Virus record (IMG/VR): IMGVR_UViG_3300003323_000052
Span: 3,961-67,960 of that record
Direction: 5' to 3' (one strand)
DNA length: 64,000 bases
Source of the DNA: a virus
The notes beneath the pieces were generated by a model, which saw nothing but the letters and a program-made list of their open reading frames with translations, was not told the DNA's origin and searched no databases. A program made the position numbers and the translations under genes. Of the stretch, positions 28,615 through 39,171 are shown piece by piece (the first letter of the stretch is position 1; each line of letters opens with the position of its first letter).

Positions 28615-28902
28615 ATGGATTCATCGTTGCTCATGTGGATAGTTGGCGGGTTGCTGTCAGTTTTTCAGGTTCTAGGGCTTGGCTTTTGTCGTTTGCTTTG
28701 GATTAATTTCCAAGAAGTAAAAAAACAGGCGGTAGATGCCAATAATGCGCTAGCAGACCATAAGCTATATTGCGCGCAGAAATATAGTACTAAAGACGAA
28801 TTAGCAAAAGCGGTCGAGGACGTTTCTAAATCCTTGGATCGCATGTCCGGCATGCTGGATAAGATTGACAGTAAGCTAGACAATAAGCAGGACAAGCCGT
28901 GA
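28615..28902 (+). CDS. membrane-anchored coiled-coil lysis-region protein
   Basis: N-terminal TM, then coiled coil ending LDNKQDKP. Confidence 0.65.
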   Translation: MDSSLLMWIVGGLLSVFQVLGLGFCRLLWINFQEVKKQAVDANNALADHKLYCAQKYSTKDELAKAVEDVSKSLDRMSGMLDKIDSKLDNKQDKP

Positions 28903-29123
28903 TAAATCTCCATCCAAATTGGAAGCAAATTCTAAAGCATGCATGGAGTATCCGCCTTATCATCGTGGCGGGTTTCTTTAGCGGCCTAGAGGTCTCCCTC
29001 CCATACTTCCAAGATATCATTCCAGTGCGCCACGGCGCATTCGGCCTCCTATCATTCATTGCGGCAAATGGCGCTTTCGTGTTTCGTCTTATTGCTCAAA
29101 AGAACATGCCTAAGGATCAATAA
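28899..29123 (+). CDS. holin
   Basis: NWKQILKHAWSIRL...RLIAQ, two TM segments, directly before the endolysin. Confidence 0.75.
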   Translation: MINLHPNWKQILKHAWSIRLIIVAGFFSGLEVSLPYFQDIIPVRHGAFGLLSFIAANGAFVFRLIAQKNMPKDQ

Positions 29124-29617
29124 TGCCTGAAATTAGTTCTCGCGGTAAAAAAATAGGTGTAGCAACTGCGGTAGCGGCAGCAATTGCGGCACCAGCAGAA
29201 GGAATCAGGCAATATGCATATTACTGCCCGGCTGGCATTCTTAGCGTTTGTTATGGCGCGACCGATGGTGTAATCAAGGGCAAAAAATACAGCTTAGAAG
29301 AATGCAAGGCGATGCTTGATGCCGACATGCTTAAAGCCGTGTCTATCGTTGATAAATGCCATCCTAATTTGCCAGTTAAGGTTTTGGCTGCATTCTCTGA
29401 TGCTGTGTATAACATTGGACCAACAATTGCATGTGATGCAGGTAAATCGACCGCTGCGCGTTATCTCTACAAAGGCGACTTGATTAACGCATGCTTGCAA
29501 CTGGAATTTTGGAATAAGAGTCGGATCGCAGGTGTTTTGGTAGAATTGCCGGGACTTACTAAACGTCGGAAGCAAGAAGAACAATTGTGTCTAGAGGGCG
29601 CGACAAATGCTAAGTAG
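29123..29617 (+). CDS. endolysin, GH24 lysozyme with SAR-like N-terminus
   Basis: Ala-rich segment then EG...VCYG, YNIG, LPGLTKRR..E..LCL. Confidence 0.9.
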   Translation: MPEISSRGKKIGVATAVAAAIAAPAEGIRQYAYYCPAGILSVCYGATDGVIKGKKYSLEECKAMLDADMLKAVSIVDKCHPNLPVKVLAAFSDAVYNIGPTIACDAGKSTAARYLYKGDLINACLQLEFWNKSRIAGVLVELPGLTKRRKQEEQLCLEGATNAK

Positions 29618-29716
29618 TTCACATCACAATCTGGCCTTAATTACTCTGATTTTCGCATTCGTTGGATTCATGGCGTCTAGTATTTTCCTTATTGCCTACC
29701 TTCCTTAGAGTTAATC

Positions 29717-30073
29717 ATGATTCCGACAGTCTCAACAATCCAATGGAAATTAATAGGTGGCGCTGTATTGCTTGCTGGAGTTTTCTATGCCGGGTGGGCT
29801 GCGAATGGTTGGCGATTGAATCTTGAATATAAATCCGCTTTGTCAGAAAAAGATATACAAATTTCGGACATGAGTGCGCATATCGTTACGCAAAATGCGG
29901 CAGTAGATATCCTAAAAGAGAAGAAGGATTCCGCTGATGCTAAACGCAAGATTGCAGAACAGTACAACTTGCAATCTACCAAACGAATTAACAGCCTAGA
30001 ATCTGTTATTGCATCACTACAAGGCACAAGTTGCGAAAGTGTGATAAAAGAGGCTTGGGAGAAATTCAAATGA
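29717..30073 (+). CDS. i-spanin (Rz-like)
   Basis: TM plus GWAANGWRL plus coiled coil. Confidence 0.7.
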   Translation: MIPTVSTIQWKLIGGAVLLAGVFYAGWAANGWRLNLEYKSALSEKDIQISDMSAHIVTQNAAVDILKEKKDSADAKRKIAEQYNLQSTKRINSLESVIASLQGTSCESVIKEAWEKFK

Positions 30074-30369
30074 GTAAAAATAGCCTTGACAGCGTCAATA
30101 TGAAGTTTCTTGAAAGTCGTTGGGCTATCGTTCTTTTGGCTGTTTTCGTCGTCATTTTGCTTTCTGGTTGCGCCACTCAAAAGACGGTTGAAGTAAAAGT
30201 GCCGGTACATGTTGCGTGTATCGACAAGAAGCCAGAACGCCCTCAGCGCAAGTTCGGACAAGGCGATTATGTCAGTAGCGCAGAAGCGGCAAAAGCAATT
30301 CTCCTAGACTATCTAGCGCTCGATAAATACGCGCTGGAACTTGAAACGCAGTTAGCTGGATGCGAGTAA
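30070..30369 (+). CDS. o-spanin lipoprotein
   Basis: lipobox LLSGC, VEVKVPVHVAC, terminal Cys. Confidence 0.75.
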   Translation: MSKNSLDSVNMKFLESRWAIVLLAVFVVILLSGCATQKTVEVKVPVHVACIDKKPERPQRKFGQGDYVSSAEAAKAILLDYLALDKYALELETQLAGCE

Positions 30370-30375
30370 GGAAAT

Positions 30376-30591
30376 ATGGCAACTAAAAAACCAAAGCCAG
30401 AAGTAGACCCAAAGCGTTGCGAAAATTGCGAATTCTTCGATCCACTCGAAGGAACTGACAATGCAGGCGAATGCTTCCGGAATCCGCCGCTTCTGATTCC
30501 TATGAGCGAGGACGACATTCAATCGTTCCGTCCGATTGTGTTTAATGATGACCGTGTTTGCGGGGAGTTTAAACGCAAGCTGGATTCGTAA
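30376..30591 (+). CDS. small Cys-rich protein
   Basis: CENCEFF...GECFRNPP...CGEF. Confidence 0.7.
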   Translation: MATKKPKPEVDPKRCENCEFFDPLEGTDNAGECFRNPPLLIPMSEDDIQSFRPIVFNDDRVCGEFKRKLDS

Positions 30592-30603
30592 GCGGAGGCT
30601 ATC

Positions 30604-31347
30604 ATCAAGATACTGCTTTTAGATATCGAGACAGCGCCAAATCTCGCTCATGTGTGGGGTTTGTGGCAGCAGAATGTCGGATTGCCTCAACTCATTGAAC
30701 CGGGCTATACATTGTGCTGGGCGGCGAAGTGGCTAGGCGAGAAAGAGGTATATTTCGCATCTATCCGCGATGGCAAATCGAAAATGATTCGCCAAATTCA
30801 CAAGATGATGAATGAGGCAGATGCCATTTGCACTTATAACGGTAAGAAGTTTGATCTTCCGACGCTCAATAAAGACTTCCTCCTGAGTAAGCTGTCTCCA
30901 CCAGCGCCAAGTAAATCCATTGATTTATTCCAAGTCGTCAAATCTTCCTTCCGCTTCCCCTCTAATAAGCTTGCATTTATTTCTGAAGCGCTCGGCATCG
31001 GCTCCAAGGTTGAGCACTCAGGCCACGAATTGTGGATCGGCTGCATGGCTAATCGCGCTGATTCGTGGCGAACTATGGAAAAGTACAACAAGCAAGACGT
31101 AAAGCTGCTAGAAGACCTTTACGAGCGCTTGAAGCCATGGATTCGCACTCATCCAAATCATGGTCTTTATAACCCGGATAATTCGCTTGTGTGCCCTAAA
31201 TGCGGTCATGATAAGTATCAACGGCGCGGTATTCAGAAAACGGTTACTTGCTCATATAACCGATTCCAATGCTGCGGGTGCGGCGGTTGGTTCCGTTCAG
31301 TCCAAAATATCGGCCCGAAGCCTAGCCAGAAATTTGCGAGCCTATGA
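30604..31347 (+). CDS. DnaQ/RNase H-like exonuclease with C-terminal Zn ribbon; probable ATC start
   Basis: KILLLDIETAP lies upstream of the track start; YNGKKFD, YNKQDV..LE, CPKC...CCGC. Confidence 0.8.
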   Translation: MKILLLDIETAPNLAHVWGLWQQNVGLPQLIEPGYTLCWAAKWLGEKEVYFASIRDGKSKMIRQIHKMMNEADAICTYNGKKFDLPTLNKDFLLSKLSPPAPSKSIDLFQVVKSSFRFPSNKLAFISEALGIGSKVEHSGHELWIGCMANRADSWRTMEKYNKQDVKLLEDLYERLKPWIRTHPNHGLYNPDNSLVCPKCGHDKYQRRGIQKTVTCSYNRFQCCGCGGWFRSVQNIGPKPSQKFASL

Positions 31348-31601
31348 TGACTTTTTTTATTGCTTTTATTTCGTCATTTTGCTTCGTGGGGATGAAAAGT
31401 TTCCAGCAGTTAAATGTCGTTCATAAGCAATATCTGTTGGTAATGCCCACATCTATGTTGATGGCTCTTTGCGAAGTATATGTTATTGCAACCGTTGCAA
31501 AATCTGGTTTTGGCTGGCTAGCATTTTTCGTAGGATTGGGCGCTGGCCTCGGCTGCATGACCTCAATGTATTTCCACGGCAAGCTTACTAAGAATGATTA
31601 A
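31344..31601 (+). CDS. small membrane protein
   Basis: three hydrophobic segments, FQQLNVVH. Confidence 0.65.
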   Translation: MMTFFIAFISSFCFVGMKSFQQLNVVHKQYLLVMPTSMLMALCEVYVIATVAKSGFGWLAFFVGLGAGLGCMTSMYFHGKLTKND

Positions 31602-31675
31602 TGCTATGGGTATATTCTTGCTGGGTGTTGTTGTGTGCGCGTTAATTATTGCTATGGTAAATGCGTGGTATGGCG

Positions 31676-32113
31676 ATGAATAACATTGACAAATCAGCAA
31701 ATCCTAAACATTCGTCTGGCACCGCGAAAGCGCCGTTGCATCTATGGCCTATTAGCGCCACGATACACGCTTGCTACGCCCTTTTCGCTGGTCGGACTAA
31801 GTACGGACACCTAAACTGGCGTTCGACGCCTGTATGCGCTTCTGTGTATTATGCTGCGCTTCTTCGTCACATGGGTAAGTGGTGGGAGGGTCAGGATTAT
31901 GATCCGGATGACGGGACGCACCATATTGGAAACGGTTTGGCATGTCTCGCCATCCTGATTGACGCATGGGTATGCGGCACATTAATTGACGACCGTCAAT
32001 TCAATGGGGATAAAGTGGTTGAATCATTCTCAACGCAAAATCACTTGATCCCGGAAATAGAAGGGCGATACAAAGAGAAAAATCCAAAGCATTGGACAAT
32101 TCAAGACAACTAG
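31676..32113 (+). CDS. dATP/dGTP diphosphohydrolase-like protein (DUF5664-like)
   Basis: NPK...KAPLHLWP, KYGHLNWR, AALLRH..WWEG.D.DPD.G.HH. Confidence 0.8.
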   Translation: MNNIDKSANPKHSSGTAKAPLHLWPISATIHACYALFAGRTKYGHLNWRSTPVCASVYYAALLRHMGKWWEGQDYDPDDGTHHIGNGLACLAILIDAWVCGTLIDDRQFNGDKVVESFSTQNHLIPEIEGRYKEKNPKHWTIQDN

Positions 32114-32126
32114 GCACATGGCGATC

Positions 32127-32549
32127 TCACACGCCGATGCCTCTTTCAGTTTCACTATCTCCTTTTATCGTTCTCCTGAGTTCTGCGTTTTCATTTTCCA
32201 ACTCTCTTACGCGGGCACGCAGCTTGACCGCATACGAAAACCATTGTCGTTTTATATTGTCTGGTAGCGTAACGAATGTGTCTACGCTGCAAAAATCTGT
32301 CAATCTCTTGATCTTCAAATACTCGTCTGCCTCTTGACAAATCTGAGGTAGAACCCGCCTAGCATAAGCAATCTGATCTGCTGTCGGATCATAACGCCCA
32401 CTCTCCCAAGCAACAAAAGCTAATTTGTGTTGCTGATCAATATCATCTATTTCGCTAAAACTCTTTGTTGACGCTCCGCAAGATATACAAATCATCTTTG
32501 CTCTTGCGTAATAAGCACAACCTCCACAATACTTGCATGGCGTCATCAT
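32127..32549 (-). CDS. Lar-like zinc-finger protein
   Basis: TPCKYCGG...CISCGA...AW. Confidence 0.45.
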   Translation of the reverse strand: MMTPCKYCGGCAYYARAKMICISCGASTKSFSEIDDIDQQHKLAFVAWESGRYDPTADQIAYARRVLPQICQEADEYLKIKRLTDFCSVDTFVTLPDNIKRQWFSYAVKLRARVRELENENAELRRTIKGDSETERGIGV

Positions 32550-32603
32550 ATCCCCGCATTGCTGTTGTTGGAGATATCAATCTAGACGCATGCCGGAAGT
32601 TAG

Positions 32604-35569
32604 TCAATTGAATTCACGAATTGACATAACCCTATCAATCAATCTGCGTAGTCCATTCACTTCATCCTGATGGTTTGGTTCGTCACGGCCATTTTTCCAT
32701 GCTGCTTGCATGGCGAAGTCGTACTTATTCTCTTCAACTCCATCAAATCCATCATAATCCGCGCACGCGAACAGTAGGCGCTCTGAATCGTCCTCAAACT
32801 GACTAGCTAGCCATTTCATGGCATAAACTGGCCCATGAACAACAACCAATGCTAGCGCGTCATCAACTAGGTCTTGCTTAGTTTTCATATTCAGTGCTGA
32901 CCACAAGTTTATGTGCTTCTCGCCACATGCAGGCTATAGATTTATTCTCAAGAATAAGCTGTCCAATAATCCGCTTATCTAGCGTTTGCTCTGCGCGAAG
33001 TTCTCTGAGATACTTCATTTCTTCATAAGTGAACTCATCACCGCATTCCTCTTTGCATGCTTCAAAATGCGTGATTACATTGCTTCGCCGATCAATTCGG
33101 CTTTGAAGCTGTCGCAGGATTTCTTTTTTGGTCATTTCCCGCCTTTAGATAAATAAATTGTCCCATTTCCATATCGTCCAGATCGGCCCAAAATACCACC
33201 GCCGAAATTATCTCCAGTGGCATAAACTGTTCCGCATTTCCTGAATTCAATATTGAAAACCATGTCTGCATGGAAGTTTTTTTGCATTAAATCTGCTGGC
33301 AAATTAGGCCAATAAAAAGAATGGAAATCACACACGCACAAAGTGCCGGGTTTAATCCGACCACGAAAAGTATTCATTTTGCATTCATTTTCATAACCGC
33401 ATCATGCAAACGGAAAGCTGTTTTGCGAGAAGGCAATTTATGATGATACCAAGGATATCGCCTCCAGTTATATTCATGGCCGTAGCAATAAAACTTACTA
33501 GCAACCCATATTTCTGTTTCTCCAAGCATAATCGTATGAGTCATATAACTTCTTACGCTCGGGCTATATTTATCAAGAAGTCTATTTAAAGCATAGTCCC
33601 AGCTTTCTGAAGTTGGGTAATTTCTAACCCAACAAGAAGGAGTAGTAATAACTCGAAGAATATGCTTGATTTCATCAATCATTTTTCCAGTACCTCCATA
33701 ATATATTCAATATCAGCACGATCAAGATGCGAATAAATCTCTGCCTGCGCGGCTTTCGTCAATTGAGAAAATATATTCTCAATTTTCTCAGGTGACCTTG
33801 TGTTAATTGCGTTTCGCACAGACTTTACCACCGGCTGCGCAAGTTCATCAATTAATTCTTGCATGTCTTTTGATCTCATATCGCCTTCAGATTATCAATA
33901 GCGCATATAACAATCCACCCGACGCCGCATGTAACGAACATGGCAATAATAACAGCCAGCGCTATAAGCCATCGGATGCCATCAATGTATTCGTTCATAC
34001 TTCAACCGGCTTCCGAATTTCGATACAGCCGAGATTCTTTTTTTTCTCAAGCGGAACGTCCATATCAATCATGTATTTGTAGCATGCCTGCGGGCTGTCA
34101 AAACGCTTAATAACACCAAAAGACAGCGGATCATCGGACAGAATCAAAACTAGGAGCGTAACGAACATTTTCTTACTCTTTCAGGTGGTGATAAAACTTT
34201 TATTTATCTTTAGTTGCATCTTCGATAAACGCAATTGCTTCTTTAAGCTTATCCGATGGCGTGAAAAGACCAAATGCGATAATCGTTTGGATATCTTTCA
34301 TTAGCACCTCCATATGAGGAATGAGCGCTGCTTGCGCAGATGTCCAAGTGAAATAAAGCTGTTGCACATCTTTAATGTAAAACTCAATATTGCCACGGTC
34401 TAATGCACGAGAATCCAAAAATAGACCGTCTGGACTCTTTGCAAATTCTTCAAACTGTTCACGCTGATTCATTGCTGATTCTCCTTCGCTCGATTCTTAC
34501 CCCAAGGGCGCGCAATATACCAATCTTGGCGCGTAATGGTTGATTCGTGAATGCCATGCCGTTTAGCCAGTTCTTTAGCTTTAGGCTTAGGTCCATCTTT
34601 GACTGATTCGTACTCCTGTCGGGCATTTTCCGTCCCGAAACATGTTTTGCGGCTCATAATTTCCTCCTAAATTTCTTATAACTCAGTAAGGCGACTTATG
34701 CAAGTCGATCACCGATTACCGTGCTTTTGCCACCACTGATCTTCATCAATCTTAGATTGCCTGCCTTGATCAAAGCCTTCTTTGTATGCTTCTTGCCACA
34801 ATGCATACACTGCGCGAGTCGTGCGCATGTGGTACTTGCCATCAGTTCGCTTGATGATACTGATGTCATTTTTCTTGCAATATTCCTCAAACTTCGTCTG
34901 TTCGTGATTCATTTTCTTTCGATTCCTCAATAAGTGTGTCAATAGCATATTGTGGTACGTGATAACCTAGATCGCGGAGCATAATAAGTATTTTTGCGCA
35001 CTCTCCAGCGTCGTCAGCTTGCATTGTTTCGCCATCATGCGGCAGATTAAGCGGAACATTCGGAATAACGCCAACAGACCAAATGTGTAAGCGATGCCAA
35101 TGCATGGCAAGCCCAAACACGATCTTAGCCATAACCTCTTTAGTTTTTGACGGATAAACCAATTCTCTGCCGATTAGTTTGCTTCCAAACCTAGGCAATT
35201 TTGACCAAGGAATATCTGGAATTGGCCTATATTTCTTTTTATTTCCCGCGATGTGAATAGTAAATCCACCGTAGCAAGATTCATAGCAATAAACATCGCT
35301 CTTAAAATTATCGCTACTAAAACGACAATAACTCATAATCATTCCTTGAAAATATCAATTTGACGCGGATCGGTTTTGACTTCGACGTAAACATAACCAT
35401 CCTCGCAATCGTTAAGTTTTCGCAATTTTGCTTCTTCACCAGCAATTCGACATACTTCACTGCGCTCCTTCAAGAAAATGCAACCTTCACAAGCATCCTC
35501 ATGCTCGTCAAGCATAGCCGGATTAAGCCTTTTCGTTGTGAATAATATCTTTCTTGGATCGCGTTTCAT
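32604..35569 (-). other. run of short hypothetical early genes (ORFs ending at 32604, 32878, 33132, 33374, 33679, 34200, 34469, 34709, 34887, 35339)
   Basis: head-to-tail overlapping minus-strand ORFs of 60-150 aa with no recognised domains. Confidence 0.65.
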
Positions 35570-36265
35570 TTACTTACTAGCTTCTGCCAGAATGGCGCGA
35601 ATCGTGCGCAGCAAGTCATTCTCGCCTCCAAATGCCATCCATACGCCACGAGCATCACTCCATAAGCCTTCTGTCGTGGCAATTTCCATAATCCGCTCAT
35701 CGCTCATCTCGGCCTTCGGCTGGGTGGCTGGTACTGGTGCGGCAATAGGGCTGGCGTAAGCATGAATGGTGGCGCGGGCCTTGGCTTCAACCCATTCATC
35801 GCCAGTCATCACACCATAATCAAGACATGCTTGCAGGGCTTCCAAAAGCTCTGAAGCAGAAACAGCTAATGCGTTATTTGGATTACACTCCTTGATAGCC
35901 TTCAACTCTGCTTCTGCGATGCGCAGCTTTTTCGAGGTGGCCCAGAATGCCGTATTCTGCTTGTCGAATTCGCCTTGTAATTCGTCAAGGAACTGCCGTG
36001 TTTCATCCCGCTCCGCTTCTGCTTTCTCCGCACGCTCTGCCGCAGAACGGTAGGCAGAAGAAAGGGCTTCTCGCTGGGTTTCCGCTTTCTTTAGGCGGTC
36101 GATGATGGCGAGGATAACTGGCGGCGATATAGCAAGCACAAATGAAACATCAGACTCTGGCATATTCGCATAAGCGAATTGACGCGCATCGTACCACTCC
36201 AATTCGCCTGGTTTTGCCTTCGCTGCCAGTGCTGCGGCTTCCAGCTTCTCCATTTCGTCGCTCAT
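35570..36265 (-). CDS. Ead/Ea22-like protein
   Basis: LEAAALAA.PG.W...FVLAISPPVILAIIDRL plus coiled coil. Confidence 0.65.
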   Translation of the reverse strand: MSDEMEKLEAAALAAKAKPGELEWYDARQFAYANMPESDVSFVLAISPPVILAIIDRLKKAETQREALSSAYRSAAERAEKAEAERDETRQFLDELQGEFDKQNTAFWATSKKLRIAEAELKAIKECNPNNALAVSASELLEALQACLDYGVMTGDEWVEAKARATIHAYASPIAAPVPATQPKAEMSDERIMEIATTEGLWSDARGVWMAFGGENDLLRTIRAILAEASK

Positions 36266-36681
36266 GGCTTCTCCTTACTGGCACGAATGGCGGCGTCGAT
36301 ACGCATGGCCCAGTCCTTCAATGGCCCCATATTCATTGCTTCCCCACACGTGCGTAACTCCTCCGCAATCTTTTGCAGCTCTCCCGCGCCATCAGCGGCG
36401 GCTTTGCTTGGGATGCTGATTACCTCTTCACCGATGATTTCGGCTTTACCTGTGCATGGATTTGCCTGTGTGCTGCTAGTTTGACTGGATGCGACCGATT
36501 CAAGCATCTCGCATAGTGGAGTGATTTTCACCGAATAGTATCCGTGGTTTAATAATTCGATAGCGAATGCTTCCGCACTATTCCTGTCCCCGTCGTACCT
36601 CTTGGCCCGTACAATATTACGCTTATCGAATCCCTCGGTCAGATAGCCCAGACAAGCCATTAATGTATTTCCGGCTGTCAT
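36262..36681 (-). CDS. hypothetical protein
   Basis: 139-aa ORF with 4-nt overlaps to neighbours. Confidence 0.6.
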   Translation of the reverse strand: MTAGNTLMACLGYLTEGFDKRNIVRAKRYDGDRNSAEAFAIELLNHGYYSVKITPLCEMLESVASSQTSSTQANPCTGKAEIIGEEVISIPSKAAADGAGELQKIAEELRTCGEAMNMGPLKDWAMRIDAAIRASKEKP

Positions 36682-36878
36682 TCTTGGCCCTCCCAGCGCA
36701 GTGCGTCCCAGCGACCAGTGAAGACCATCCAGGCCATATGCAGACGTTTCCGGAGACTTATGCCGGGGAACCCTATTGGGCGAGCAGCGACGTTGCGACC
36801 ATCAGAAAGTAGGCAGCCAATATTTGTCAAAGGCTCGGATCGGATTTGCTCTGGGGTATAAACGCTTGGTGTATTCAT
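36678..36878 (-). CDS. hypothetical protein
   Basis: ARP...RLHMAWMVFTGRWDAL, a common phage family pattern. Confidence 0.65.
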   Translation of the reverse strand: MNTPSVYTPEQIRSEPLTNIGCLLSDGRNVAARPIGFPGISLRKRLHMAWMVFTGRWDALRWEGQE

Positions 36879-37466
36879 TTATTTCTCCTTGTAGTTAATG
36901 CAGTATTCAAACATTGCCTTGGCCTGATCGGCGGTCAGTAGATTAGTCCCAATAGGCATGCCCCACTTTTCACCATATGCCCGGTCGAACGAAATACCGG
37001 CATCGGGGTAGAAATCTTGTGGCAGTTTCCAGCCTAGAAAGCGATTGACCATTTCTTTTACATCTGGCACCTCCGCTACTACTGGCGTAGATGGGGCGAC
37101 TGGCAACATCCAGCCCGGTAGTAGTTGGCTGGCGCTCATAGCCACCCAACCGAGAGGCAATTTCAGCTCGGCGATGCCGCCCATCACCTCTTGTGCGCTG
37201 GTGAAGATGCCGACGTCGCTCAGCAGCGTATAGCCGAGTTCCTTTCCACCGTCTGGCATTTCCACGACGGTTTGCAAGGCGAGCACCCAGCCTTCTGGCA
37301 CGGCTGTTGCTACAGATGGCGCGCGGCGGGCGGCTTGCCATGACTCATACGCAGCTTGCATATATGGATTATCATACTTACCAAACTTATCGCGGTCCAG
37401 GTTAAGCGTGTTTTGGCTTGCCCATGCCTCGAACTCGGCGCGGGATTGGTCTTGGTTGGTGGTCAT
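36879..37466 (-). CDS. mosaic hypothetical protein
   Basis: RAEFEAW...WQAARRA; MVNRFLGWKLPQDF.PD.GISF...GTNLL. Confidence 0.65.
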   Translation of the reverse strand: MTTNQDQSRAEFEAWASQNTLNLDRDKFGKYDNPYMQAAYESWQAARRAPSVATAVPEGWVLALQTVVEMPDGGKELGYTLLSDVGIFTSAQEVMGGIAELKLPLGWVAMSASQLLPGWMLPVAPSTPVVAEVPDVKEMVNRFLGWKLPQDFYPDAGISFDRAYGEKWGMPIGTNLLTADQAKAMFEYCINYKEK

Positions 37467-37512
37467 GGTTGTCAAAATCCTATGAGGTTCAAAATTACAA
37501 TTCAGTCATGTG

Positions 37513-38223
37513 TCACGTTGCTTCGCGCAAATTGGCAATGCGGTTATCTAGTTTGTCGCGGTTGATATGCTTAAGTGCTTTTTTAGGCCATTCACCATAG
37601 AACAAAGCCCATGCAACGCGGTGTCCAGCAAAACGATACGGGCCAGTAGTTATTGCCAAATAACCCTTCACATCAACATGCCCAGCATCGCCCTCCTTAT
37701 TCAGGCGGCACAAGTCACTATTCTTACGAGTGATAATTCCAGTCTCCGGGTCATAGTCGAAAACCTCTCGTAATTGCAATGCGGTAGGGCGGCTAGACCA
37801 TGTTTTCTGTGTTTCTCTCTTTGGCATCAAAACTTTTTCAGTCGGCAGACCAATGCGAAGTCTGTAGTGAAGAACAGATTCGTGAAGATCTAAATGCTTT
37901 GCCCAATCACGAACTGTCATTCGCAACCCATCTTTTTCAAGATAATGACAAGTGCGTTGATTTAGCCGCTGCTCCCTCCTATCTGCCCACTTGCAGTTAC
38001 CAGGCTCATAGTTTCCGTTGTTGTCGATGCGCTCTATAGTCAGCCCTGTTGGCCGAGGCCCCATATCGGCATAGAAGTTATCGAAGCTATTTAGCCATCG
38101 TTCGCAAATCTTGATCCCTCTGGCACCGTAGTTTTTGAATTGCGCATGCTTCGTATTCAAGCACCGTTGCTTCATCCCTTGCCATGTTTTATAGACTGGA
38201 TCGTCTGAGCGGTTATTCTTCAT
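37513..38223 (-). CDS. HNH-family endonuclease with two HNH-like domains
   Basis: WQGMKQRC...YGARGIKICERW...TIERIDNNGNYEPGNCKWA; second domain YDPETG...HINRDKLDNRIANLR. Confidence 0.85.
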   Translation of the reverse strand: MKNNRSDDPVYKTWQGMKQRCLNTKHAQFKNYGARGIKICERWLNSFDNFYADMGPRPTGLTIERIDNNGNYEPGNCKWADRREQRLNQRTCHYLEKDGLRMTVRDWAKHLDLHESVLHYRLRIGLPTEKVLMPKRETQKTWSSRPTALQLREVFDYDPETGIITRKNSDLCRLNKEGDAGHVDVKGYLAITTGPYRFAGHRVAWALFYGEWPKKALKHINRDKLDNRIANLREAT

Positions 38224-38870
38224 GCTTTATTCATGGCTGCATCAATAGCAGCAATCGCCATAGCTACTTCATCGCTGTCTATCGCGCCGAACTTGTTTGC
38301 CTCGACATTCTCAAGTGCTTCTTTTGCCTGTCGAAGTGCCGCATCCCTTGCATCCTGCCCCGCTTGCAGATCGGGGGATGGGGTGACAAGAGCCGCATAT
38401 TTTGCGTAAAGCTTCGCCACATCTCGCAAAGCCGTAGTGTCGTAATCTGGATGAATGCTCTCCCCTTCTTTCCAGTAGCCGAGAGCCGCAGTGCTGATGC
38501 CAGCCATCTGCATGCGATACTGCTCGAAGTCCTCAAGTTTTACTGGCGCTTGTGCCGCTAGTGGGGCAGCAGCGAGCATAGCTTCGATCTTCTCTACTGC
38601 GAATTCAACGCCAAGCTGAGTGTCGCTAATCGTAAGCGCACCCTCCGCGAGATTACCTCTCCGTTCAGTAATGTCAAAGGCTTTGTTCATTGCATCGTAG
38701 ATCTTTTCCTGCCACCCTTCCGCCACTACAGCAGGTGCTGGAGATGCGCGCTCGGCTAGGGCATTCATCAGCGTCCGCAGGTCATCACTTTGCACCATCG
38801 GTTCGCCGGCCCTCAAGTAAGACTGTACGCGCTCCAGCGACTCTTTCAGTTTGTTCAGGTCAATAGTCAT
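38220..38870 (-). CDS. hypothetical protein
   Basis: 216-aa Ala-rich ORF in the operon. Confidence 0.6.
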   Translation of the reverse strand: MTIDLNKLKESLERVQSYLRAGEPMVQSDDLRTLMNALAERASPAPAVVAEGWQEKIYDAMNKAFDITERRGNLAEGALTISDTQLGVEFAVEKIEAMLAAAPLAAQAPVKLEDFEQYRMQMAGISTAALGYWKEGESIHPDYDTTALRDVAKLYAKYAALVTPSPDLQAGQDARDAALRQAKEALENVEANKFGAIDSDEVAMAIAAIDAAMNKA

Positions 38871-38888
38871 GTCGGTTCCAGGTAGTGG

Positions 38889-39167
38889 TTAGGCGTCGCG
38901 TGCAGCGAGCATTGCATCGGCCATCTGGTAGGCGCACTCAGCTACTGTACGGTTGATGTTTTCCCAGCGATCTTCTGTGAAATAACCATTCTCGAAAGCC
39001 GTCCAAGCAACAGGAAGTGCCTTGACTGCAATGTAGTCACGGAGGCTCATGCCAGGCATCTTGAAATCGTCATTCCCGAACTGATATGGGCGAACTTCTC
39101 CAGCTTCACGGTTCAGCGAGATATCCGTTGGGAATGCTGGCCCACCATCTTTTAGATCAATAGTCAC
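38889..39167 (-). CDS. conserved phage protein
   Basis: DGGPAFP...GMSLRDYIA...AYQMADAMLAAR. Confidence 0.75.
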   Translation of the reverse strand: MTIDLKDGGPAFPTDISLNREAGEVRPYQFGNDDFKMPGMSLRDYIAVKALPVAWTAFENGYFTEDRWENINRTVAECAYQMADAMLAARDA

Positions 39168-39171
39168 GGTC

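Noticed and set aside
31676-32113. Z-genome (2-aminoadenine) pathway
   Set aside because: No PurZ or phage DNA polymerase in the window; the diphosphohydrolase alone is insufficient
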